Source: Eledone cirrhosa
Lineage: Eukaryota
DNA: 64,000 bases
Reading direction: 5' to 3'
Assembly: GCA_964016885.1 (NCBI GenBank)
Contig: OZ024752.1
Location: 248,001-312,000 of the forward strand
In this document: positions 52,548 to 64,000 of the stretch, piece by piece
Layout of the letters: the number at the start of each line of letters is the position of its first letter
How positions within the stretch are numbered: position 1 is the stretch's first letter
Position numbers and translations under genes: made by a program
Notes under the pieces: generated by a model
Seen by the model: only the letters and a program-made list of their open reading frames with translations
Told to the model about the DNA's origin: nothing
The model's database searches: none

Positions 52548-54346
52548 GCAGATATACAGAGCGACAGGTTGAAAAAGGAGTAGTATATATATACATATAT
52601 ATATATAAGTATACAGTGTTATAGACAGATTGGTAGAAGAGAGAGGGAGATAGAGAAAGGTGCAAGAGTGAAAGGAGGAGGGTGGTAGAAGTGAGAGAAA
52701 GGAATACTAGGGGAAGGAGGTTGAGAGATAAGATAGGGAGGGGTGGGGCGATAAAGAGTAATAAACGAGGAGTGGAGCGGGGGGAAGAGGAAGACAATGA
52801 GAAAGGAGAAGATAGGCAAAAGGGAAGGTGAGTGTGAGAATAAAAGGGGGAGAGAAGAGTTGAGAGAGAGGGAAGTTGAGAGAATAAAGTGAGAGACAGA
52901 GAGAGGGGAGTATGAATAAAATGAGAGCGTGAGTGACTGAAGAGAGAGACGGGTTGGTTGAAAGAATGAAGGGAGTGAGAGGGGAGCTGAGAGAATAAAG
53001 TGTGAGAAAGAGAGAGTGTGAGAGAATGAAAAGAGAGAGTGGGAGAGAATAAAGAGAGAGATAGAGAGAAAGAAAAAGAGAAGAGTTGGAGACAAGGGGG
53101 AAGAAGGAAGAGAAGAGAAAAAAAGGATATTTAAAATAGTGAGAGGAATGCAGTGAAATACAACTAAATATGACATAATTTATATTGTTTCGTTAACAAT
53201 GGTGCGATGAATTGGATTGTATTGAAGGAACTCGAGTCACCAGTCGTATTAATTAAAAAAACCTGGTAAAAGAGTGTCATCGGTAGAGGGTCGGACGCCA
53301 TGCTTTGCAGCAAAGAGTTACGGCCCTTTATGGTCTGAGTTCAAATCCCGTCGAGGTTAACTTTGCCTTTCATCCTTATAGGGTCGATAATGTATTGAGG
53401 TAATTGCTTGCCTTGTGCCAAAAGTAGAAAAATTATATTTTATATATGAAGCGGTAAATTGGCAGTATCGGTAGAGGGTTGGACGCCATGCTTTCTAGCA
53501 TAGTTACGTCCCTTTGCGGTCTGAGTTCAAATCCCGTCGAGGTTAACTTTGCCTTACGGGGTCGATAAAATAAAGTACCAGTAATGTACTGGTAATTTGC
53601 TGGCCTTGTGCCAAAAGTAGAAACAATTATATTTTATATATGAAGCATTAACTCTTAACAACCTACTTCATGGTTGGATCGTCTTCATCTAAACCGGCAC
53701 CCCCATCAGACTCTTGTTTGGTGAGGAGGGTAAGTGGAACCTCAGCAGCACAAAAAACAAAAAACAAAAAAAAACAAAAGCTGTTAAAAGGGCGGATGAA
53801 CTCCTCCGATTTAACGGCCATCCACCTCAACTATGGGTTAAATAGCCTCATCAACCTGCAATTGGCCAATCATGGTGAGTACGACTACAGCCCTGAAGAC
53901 ATAACCAAAACCAAAGAGAAAGCGGTGGAGGTCAACTAGCGAGGGGGTTTCTCTAATAGGAGTGAGAAGACCATGTAATGGATATGATTGAAGGAACTCA
54001 AGTCACAAGCGATATGATTTTAAAAAAGAACCTAGGTAAAAGGGTGTCACAATATCTCATATGCATGGTTTGCTATGCATGGACCTGTAACTCCTGGTGG
54101 GGTCGTAGGGACGCCGTAGTGGCATACAGCGTTTCTTGACCATTTTAAGTCTGGCGGAGCCCACCCCTCTCCAAGTCTGAATACAGCAGATTTCTTCCAA
54201 AGAAGGATAGGAAGTGAGAGAAAGGAAGTTTGAAACAGATAGAGAGAAAGAATCGACCCCAGTACTAAACTGATAGATTTTTATCGACCTCGAATGGATG
54301 AAAAGCAAAGTTGAACTTGGAGGGATTTGAACTCAAACATTGTATG

Positions 54347-54442
<96 letters not shown>

Positions 54443-55460
54443 TAAGGGAGTCGTAGAGGCGCAGTAGCAACATACGGCGTTTTATTAGACATTTTTAAAA
54501 CCTGACGGAGCCCATCTCCTCTCCAGCTCTGAATACAGTCGATTACTTCCAGCGAAGGATAAAGAGAGTGATAGAGAGGAAAATTCGACTCCAGTACTAG
54601 ACTGGGACTTTTTTAACAACTTCGGCGGGCTTTGAACTCGGAGAACAGAGAGATGGAACGAATACTTTAACCCTTTAATGTACAAACCGGCCAAAATCGG
54701 CCAAAACCGGCCAGAATTATCTACCTTTTTCTGTTGAAACTGGCTGTAACTGGTCACTCAAACTGATGTTAAGGTATTGTTCTCAAAATAAATACTTTCA
54801 AAATCTCATAGATTCGATATTATGTGAGATATGTGAGGTAAAGCCCTTACCATGAAAATATAATAGTATATATAGAGTAATGTGAATGCTAAAGTGTTAA
54901 AGTATCTAATGACTGCCAATTTGCCTATATATATGTATATATATATACGCTCATATACACACACACACATATACATATATATATATACACAAACATTAAT
55001 ACACACAATCTCATGAGTGTATACATGCAAACACATATTTGAAAAAAAAGCATAAGCATACAAATCTCACACGCATATGACACACACACAGCTACATATA
55101 CACACATACACAGATACATATACATACATACACAGATACACACACATGCATGTGCCTACACATAGGTTCCCCCAGATATATACAGTGCAGTTTTCCAATG
55201 TATTTCCTATAATTCTTTAGGAGGATTTGAATGGCAACAATTAGAGCTGTTTAAATCTTTGTGTATTAAGTTTATGCATAAAACATCCTACATATATATG
55301 TGTTTGTTTGAGCGTGCATAAATGCATATATACATGCATACATTTATGCATATACGATTTATATATATATATATATATCTGTGTGTGTATACACATATGT
55401 ATGTATATGTATATATATATATATGTGTGTATATATATATGTATGTGTGTGTATATATAT

Positions 55461-55536
<76 letters not shown>

Positions 55537-57036
55537 GCATGGTTTATTCTACCACTGAGCACAATCTTCATGACAAAAAAGAAGAAAATAAACTTAATAT
55601 TGCAGAATATTTTGGAAAATAAATCAATAAATTTAATCTTATTTATAATTCTTCGTCAAAATAATAAAATTATAATCAACTGAATTCATTTTTTTTTCTT
55701 TTCCTCAACAAAATAAATTCAAGCTTTGGTTTGACATATCTATAAGACTGAAAGAACCATAAAACGCAGGCATAAGCCTCTTTGAAAACAGACTATATTA
55801 CATTAAAATACCAAGAAATGTTTATATTGCAGTTACACACACACACACATACACAGAGATACACACACACGCACACACACACATATATATATGTGTGTCT
55901 GATGGTAGCTAAGATGCTTCCATAGGCGGTATGTATATATATATATATATATATTAAATTCACAATTGTGTATTTGATTGGTCCAGCCATGTTTCTTTGG
56001 TGAATAAATTGTGAAAGATATAAGTCAAAAGCTAATATGTTGACATTATAAAAAATGCATTCTTCTGAAGCACAAAAAAACAATATTAATTTATATATAG
56101 AGCCTCAGATTTTCCAGGTACCATTCCGCTGTTGTCGAAGTCCAACCATTCTTTTTATGACGAGCTGCATTATTGTTATTGCTATTGTTATAATGGTTAT
56201 TAATATTAACCCGTTCATTACCATATTTCTACTGAAAGACATTGCGTGTGCTTTTCAAATAATTTTGAAAATAATCAAGAATTTGGATGGTTTAATAATA
56301 TAATTAAATTTCTCGTTATAAATCTAGTATTTGGAACCTAACTTAAAAGTTCTTACATAAAATAACGATATAAGCTTTTTTAAAATAAATATAAACAGTT
56401 TAAATATATCAACAGTTCTTAAATTTTTTTTTTATCAAGAATCAGGAGCGGTTTCAGGAGTTAAGACAGACAGGGAGAATCAATAGAACGTCTGGCAAAC
56501 TAACTTGCAGTATTTACTTATGGTCGTTTTACGTTATGACACTCAGTTCAGCTTTGCTTTTAACCCTTTCAAGGGGGTCAATTAACAAGTTCCAGTGTGC
56601 TACTGGTTCGGAAGTATGATGACTGTCACGTCGCTAACGAGTATAAGCCTCTGTGGTTTTGTACCCAGGGTATATTTTAAGGAAACTTTAGAACTGTACA
56701 AATCGTTGAGATAGATACCATTACTCAGTGTTTGATATATTCTGAGTCTCAGAAAGATATGTAATGGTTATTTTTTTATTTTTTATAAATGTTTTAAGTC
56801 TTTTAACCATTTACCATGTAATCACATGTAGTATTTCATTACAAAATGTAAACCTACTGCACAAAATTACGAGGGTCGCTGAAACGTTCATGGGCTAAAA
56901 GGTTAATGGGCTAAAACGTTGAAATGAATGCATATAAGATTTCACAGCTCTAGAATCACTCAAACAGAGTCAGACTATGAACTCTTCACCCCACCCTCGT
57001 AGCCCACCCACAAATGGGATATATACACACACATAT

Positions 57037-57139
57037 GCCGTCGGAGTCATACTTGTTCCTATTACCCACTCTACTACCCTAAGTATTGAGTACTTTGATG
57101 CGTTATGGTCCATCTGGTTCTTTACCACATTTCCTTCGT

Positions 57140-57141
<2 letters not shown>
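57037..57141 (+). mobile_element. Family P tail-only fragment
   Basis: gccgtcggagtc...cctattacccactctactaccctaag...ttccttcgtta(TA)n. Confidence 0.8.
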
Positions 57142-57170
<29 letters not shown>

Positions 57171-57888
57171 GCAGAGATATTGTCTACATGTGTATACGTG
57201 AATTTACAACTATATACTATATCTATACAACATGTCTATATAATATTTCCTCTTATTTCCAGGTACATCACCAGACGAGCCACAAACATCACAAGACACA
57301 AATCCGGATTTTTTTTACATAAAATTTAGTTTTTTTTTTTTTTAGTTTTTTTTTTTTTTTTTTTAGTTTTTTTTAAAATAAACAAGCGATGCCTGGAGAT
57401 GGTATTGATGTTTTCTAGAATAATCGTCAAAATGTTTATACTGTCTCTCCTATTGACAGTATTCTTCCTTTCAGGTGAGATATCAAACAGAACTTCATAT
57501 CTTTAAACGTATTTCAGAAAAAAAAAAATGATAACATTAATAACGAAATATGCATTCTTCTTGTTCGCCTTTTATCCGTTGCAGGCTATGTTATATAAAT
57601 TGTAGTTTGTGGGTGAGTGAGTGTGTGTGTGGGGTGGGGGTGGGTGTCTGTGTGTGGGGGGGGGGAGTGTGTGTGTGTACGTGTTTCCACATGCATATAT
57701 ACATGTATGTACACACACACTCACACACACATATATAGGGTATATATAAATATATGCACATGTTTATTAGAATGCTGCTGAAGTGTGTATACATTTTTTG
57801 GGACAACCTGTGTATATATATATATATATGTAGTATATACTTATATATATATAATCCGTCAAAGTTTCATTATAGAACCTACCCCCTT

Positions 57889-57930
<42 letters not shown>

Positions 57931-58137
57931 AATACCAAAGGCTTTCAGTTATAAATTCCTAAAACCTATGGTTTTCCTTTTAAATACATGTTAATGCTCT
58001 GTGATGTCGGTTATTTTCCAATCTTTCGGATCTTACCTCCTGGATCTTGCGTTAGATTTATTTGATCTCTATGATTAATAACCATAACAACACATTGAGC
58101 TTCTCAGCATCTTGTTTAGTCAAAACTGGATATCTTC

Positions 58138-58170
<33 letters not shown>

Positions 58171-58406
58171 CACAAATATACGTACGTATACATATATATA
58201 TATACGCATACACACACACACACGTGTGTGTGTGCGTGTGTGTGCAGTAAAGTATAGTTTCTTATATATGTCAAAATGAAAAGAAGCATTATCTCATTTA
58301 AAAGAAAAAAATCAATGCGTATATTGAAGTTCGATTCGGTTGTTCAGTTTCGAAGAAGCTTCAAAGTCTCTTTTATAACACACACACACAGACACACACA
58401 CACACA

Positions 58407-58475
<69 letters not shown>

Positions 58476-58603
58476 TTATATATAAACATTTACATATATG
58501 TACATATGGAAATATGCATACGCACGCACATACACACACCCACATGTATGTATGTATGTATGTATGTATGTATGTATGTATGTATGTATGTATCTATGTA
58601 TGC

Positions 58604-58670
<67 letters not shown>

Positions 58671-58752
58671 CAGGGAGTGTAAACACAGAAAATATCCTAA
58701 AAAATATATAAAAAATATAGATTCCAAAAAATTCACTGTACTTACTATATGT

Positions 58753-58833
58753 GCCCTTACCGCGGTTTCAGATACCAAACAAATAGATAATCCAAGCGGA
58801 CAACCATTGAGAAAGAGATCATCGTCAGAAGGC
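58753..58833 (-). ncRNA. Type I hammerhead motif
   Basis: gcctt-CTGACGA-tgat[..]atct-GAAA-ccgcgg-TA-agggc. A 3'-half homologue lies at 35414-35430 (+). Confidence 0.65.
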
Positions 58834-59040
58834 TTTTTTCTCTCGTAGAATATAAAATTCCCGAGTTCAAATTACAAACTGGCGCCATACAAAACTGCCT
58901 CAGAATGAGAGTAAATGAATGATGAAACAATTTTGCTCTGGCTTGTTAATTTATCAACTTGTCATTGAACCACATTAGCATACGGTCGGACTATACTTAT
59001 ATCCTTGTGTGTATTAATTACATGTAGGAACATATACCTT

Positions 59041-59164
<124 letters not shown>

Positions 59165-60178
59165 CGTTGAGCGATAGGAAGCTTGAATTCATAAGTTATA
59201 AGTATCAACGTTTATTTCTCTTTTACTACGAAATATATTCTTATAAGATGAATATAGAAACCCTGGAGACGGAAAACAATATACAGCGCCGCCTGTAGGA
59301 CTCGAATCCACACCTGCAATATACTGTTTGGCTGTACTAACCATTATTCTAAAGAAACAGTTGACAAATTGTTCCGTTATATGAAGTTTGTGGAATACTC
59401 ACCCACTTATATGTTAATTTCATGAGCAGTTTGTTCCGTTGACGGAACAAGTGGAGTCTTCATCGTCGAAACCGATGGAGGTCCATTGTATTCCATTTTC
59501 ATTATAAAACGCATTAAGAAACCCCTGCACGTCATTCTGTATATTACTGGTGAAAAACATGTTATTCTATGTAGACGCTTATAAAAACCTCCCCAAAACA
59601 ATTAAAGTGATTAAACTCCAAGCTGTTTCCATAGTCTTGTATAATCATGGTTTAATTGTTTCACTCCTAAGACAAACTATGTCCTACCCACACCTCCGCC
59701 TCTAAAACAATCTAGCGTCTATATTTTTTCTATGTTGATTGCAAATTTGTATGGATATATGTAGGTTTGTTAACTTTGCCTTTCATCCTTACGGGGTCGA
59801 TAAAAAAAAGTGTCAGTAATGTACTGGGTAATTGCTGGCCTTGTGCCAAAAGTAGAAACAATATATGTAGGTTTGTTACCGGGATTTTAACTGCAATTAG
59901 AGTCGCAGGGATGCCGCCCTAACACACGACGTGTCTCGGGAATTTTAAAACTGGCGAAGTCCACCCTACTCTTAGAGAACCCAGTCCTGGCAGAACCCAG
60001 CCCTGGTGAAGCCCACGTATTTCTAGGTCGGAATACAACCGATTTCTCACACACGCATATATATATTTATGTATATATATGTGTGTGTGTGTGGGTGTAT
60101 CCTGGCTTCAATCGGGGGTAACCACAGTGAGTAAGGTATTCAATACATAGTAGAGTATAAATATTTAACATAGAAATG

Positions 60179-60246
60179 GCTTCTACAGGACTAGAACTGT
60201 TTCATTCGAAGGAAATCATCAGGAAATTCCTTTCCTGATGATTTCC

Positions 60247-60249
<3 letters not shown>
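60179..60249 (-). ncRNA. Type I hammerhead motif with short inverted 5' duplication
   Basis: Minus strand reads tttc-CTGATGA-tttccttcgaat-GAA-ACAG..CTGT-A-gaag. Hairpin 60208-60249 precedes (TA)n. Confidence 0.65.
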
Positions 60250-60311
<62 letters not shown>

Positions 60312-60313
60312 TC

Positions 60314-60366
<53 letters not shown>

Positions 60367-60738
60367 TAGAATTGACCACAGTACTGGACCAGTATTTTAT
60401 TCAGCAGTCTGAATGAAAAGCAAAGTAACCGAGGCCTTTTTAATATGGCGCCCTCACGACTCTTCCGATTCGCTACCTTGTGTTACATGTACAATATCTG
60501 AATAATTTCTTCCAATTTCTATTTACTATTCTTACAGAATGTATTAATGTATCTTTGCGATAGTCTTTTCAATGGCAACACCAACGTCTACAATCGCCAC
60601 CATTTTACCTTCATTCATACATTTCACCATCACATGTAACATATTCAACGGAGAAAGAACAATGGCAATGTCTTCAACGGCTCTATTGTATGGTCATAGG
60701 CCATGGCGTGCAAATGGATTTTCAGTAAATTGTTAATA

Positions 60739-61067
60739 CAATGGAACTTTGGTTCACGAACGCCTCGCATCATGAACAAATCTGTTCACGAGCAATCCCC
60801 TCCCCACGAACATAGAATGTCTCGGTTCATGAACGGTGTCTCGAGTAACGAACACACAAGCCGGCAACAACGGTTGGCAAAAAGCTTGGAGTATCGGCGG
60901 AAAAGCGTCAATTGGTGTGTAGTTAGTTACTATAATGATATCTATCCGTCTTTCACTGTATTTCTCTCTCAACATTTCGTATGATAAGATAGTTTCGGTT
61001 TACGAACATTTCGGATGACGAACAGCCCTCAGGAATGAATTAAGTTTCGTGAACAGAGATTCCACTG
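60739..61067. mobile_element. pogo/Tigger-like MITE
   Basis: TA-caatggaactttggttcacgaa ... ttcgtgaacagagattccactg-TA, with internal ttcacgaac-type subterminal repeats. Confidence 0.75.
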
Positions 61068-61415
61068 TATTTGTAAAATATCCGAAATTTGTCACTTTAT
61101 AACTGTAGTTAGAAATTATATTCTGTAGTGCTTATAAGTCAATAATCAATATTCTTTAGTAAATATTACTCTTTCATTTTCATAATGAAAATAATGCAGA
61201 GGTCCACGTTTTCTTACGTACGTATTCGGTAATTCGTATTTATGTAATAGACAAAGACAGGGTTGTGTGGTTAAGGAGTTCGATTCGCAACTACGTGGTT
61301 TCGATTTCAGTCGGTAAGAGCACTCAGTCCATAGGACGAGTTACGTATAATTAGTTACAATAGTGACAGATACAGATACTTAAGTTTCATTGGGTTATAA
61401 TACACCCCAACTCAT

Positions 61416-61504
<89 letters not shown>

Positions 61505-61546
61505 TGCATAATACCACTCCTTCATTTACAGATACACAGACTCACA

Positions 61547-61609
<63 letters not shown>

Positions 61610-63104
61610 GTGGTATTTAGGAGGCAATAATTATTATGATCGGAAATCGTGGAAGTCAACCCACAAAAATGATTGTCACTATTTGTTTACATCAGTCAAC
61701 CATTAGTTCGCACTTCAGTGACCTGATCACTGATACTATTTTACTGTACTGTTAGTATTACACACGTATTGACGTCACTATTCGTTGGTTCCATTATAAA
61801 AGTAGTAATTGTCTTGTTTACGGTTGTGTTAAAACTACCAGTTAACTCGATACCCAACACTGACTAACGACGTAATTTCATTGCGTTCTGAGTTCAAATC
61901 CCACCGTGGTCAACCTTGCTTTTCATTCCTTTGAGAACAATAAATAAAGTACCTATTCAGTACTGCGGTTGCTTCTCTCTCTCTTTCTCTGTTTTCGGAA
62001 GAAATCGGCTGAGTTCCGACCTGGAAAGGAATGAGCTCAGCCAGTTTTTTAAATGCCCCAACAACTACGCTATAAGTTGTATATACATTGCTGGATTGTT
62101 GAGCTTTCCTGAGAGCAAATTTGTCACCCGTAGCTTATCACTATTTAGTATGTAGTTGTTTATATCGCAACTAATCACCATATCAGGTAGCCGTACCGCT
62201 ATCCCCTACCTGCAATCTGTTATATTGCAGAACATATCCCTCTTTCATGTACCGAATCCATATTGCCTTCCCAAGATACCGTCATTTCTACATGGCATAT
62301 TTTGCCAAAACAAACTACGAAGGTGGTTTCTCAAACATGGCCTTAGCCGTAATGACTAAAACAAATTGAAACACTAAAGAACATTCATAAGGTAGAAGCG
62401 TTGCTTCGATATTGCATTATGACTTCAAAATATCATCATTACCTTCAGATTCCTCTGCACTTTCCATCACAAGCACCACCCTGAAGTCTGCGTTTGAACT
62501 TTCTGTAGCCTTTCTTTAGAAAACAACCGGGTTCTCATCATATTGATAATGTTTCAAAGCTGTTTTTATGCACCAGCAAGGGTGTTCAAGACTTGTTTAT
62601 ACCATCAACGATATTCTGATAGGGAAAACTTTCATGCTACTAGAACATTTTCCAGCAATATGTAGCCCGATGTCAAGGCTGGGGAACCCATTTTCCGCCC
62701 TTAAATTTGAAACAGTTCGCTAATAAAGTTACTGAAATTCACGTATGGAAAAAATATCGCTCAAAACGTTTAAGCCTTAAGGCCCAAATAGTACACATGA
62801 GATATATATCTATAAATTTGCTAAATTAAAGTAGCAACAATTATTATTACATATGTATGACTGTCTTTTGGAGAGAGGATTACCTATTATTTCATCAAGG
62901 TAGTGAATTGGTAGAGTTGTTAGGGCGTCGGATGGTTACAAATACCTCGGTATTTATTCCACCTAAGTCAACCTTGCCTTTCATCATTTCACGATCGATA
63001 AAGAAAGTACGAGCAGTTCAGTACTAGGATCAGTTCTTCCTCTACATCACTTTCTCATTTGACCACAACGGGATTTGAACACGGAATAAATATCCAATAT
63101 GTGA

Positions 63105-63265
63105 GTGAGTGAGAGTGTGAGTGAGTGAATGAGTGAGTGAGTGAGTGAGTGAGTGAGTGAGTGAGTGAGTGAGTGAGTGAGTGAGTGAGTGAGTGAGTGA
63201 GTGAGTGAGTGAGTGAGTGAGTGAGTGAGTGAGTGAGTGAGTGAGTGTGTGTGTGTGTGTGTGTG
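63105..63265. repeat. (GAGT)n tetranucleotide microsatellite
   Basis: Direct inspection. Confidence 0.95.
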
Positions 63266-63393
63266 TCAGAGAAAGAGAGTAAGAAAGAGAGGGAGAGTGA
63301 AATGACGAATTGAAGAAAATCGAGACAACTACAAAATACGAAGACAGAAAAAAGGAGACGAGAGAGAGAGATGTAGGGGGAGAGGGGGAGACT

Positions 63394-63448
<55 letters not shown>

Positions 63449-63569
63449 AAAGGCAGAGAGAAACGTATGTTTATGTGTGTACGAATTAAGAATGAAACGA
63501 AAAAGAGAGAAAGGTGAAAGAGAAAACAATAGAGTGAGAGAGAGAGAGAGAGAGAGAGTGAGATGAAAG

Positions 63570-63606
<37 letters not shown>

Positions 63607-64000
63607 CGAGTGTGTGTATGTGCGAGTGTGTGTATGTGCGAGTGTGTGTATGTGTACACATTGAGAAGGAGACGAAAGACAGCCAAAAGGCAGAGTGAAA
63701 GTGAGAAATAGTGTGTAAATGTGTGTGTCTTAGTCGATGAATGTGTGTGTGTTAGTGGATGTATGTGTGTATTAGTGGTTGTATGTGTTAGTGGGCGTGT
63801 GTGTTAGGGGTTGTATGGCCATACTCGATAACCAGGGGGCAGCCATCATGTGTGTTAGTGTGTGTGTGTTAGTAGATATATGTGTGTATTAGTGGATATA
63901 TGTGTGTGTATTAGTGGTTGTATGTGTGTTCGTGATTGTATGTGTATTAGTGGTTGTGTGTGTGTGTGTGTGTGTGTTAGGAGAAGTATGTGTGTATTAG

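Noticed and set aside
62060-62740. Possible decayed pogo/Tigger transposase (minus strand)
   Set aside because: Only a faint N.DETGLF-like trace across frameshifts; not supportable without a search.

Overview
AT-rich, microsatellite-saturated animal DNA. The SINE family and repeat landscape suggest a cephalopod (Octopus-like) genome; this is inference. No confident host gene was found, and almost all ORFs in the track are microsatellite artefacts. Recognisable content: (1) a near full-length Tx1/L1-clade LINE (~28.3-34.0 kb, minus) plus two truncated relatives, all three sitting in (TATC)n; (2) remnants of RTE, CRE-type and Penelope-like (GIY-YIG) retroelements; (3) ~25 copies of a tRNA-derived SINE, several MITEs and minisatellites. 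The most striking feature is a dense set of type I hammerhead ribozyme (HHR) motifs, about 28 complete or lightly degenerate copies read by eye, in many distinct sequence contexts and mostly beside (TA)n tracts. They include a 310-nt tandem array with one intact HHR per monomer (9 copies, with an internal inversion; retrozyme-like) and a second ~314-nt circularly permuted family. There is also a recurrent class of palindromic insertions whose symmetry axis is the HHR stem II loop, suggesting ribozyme-guided cDNA snap-back during Penelope-type retrotransposition.
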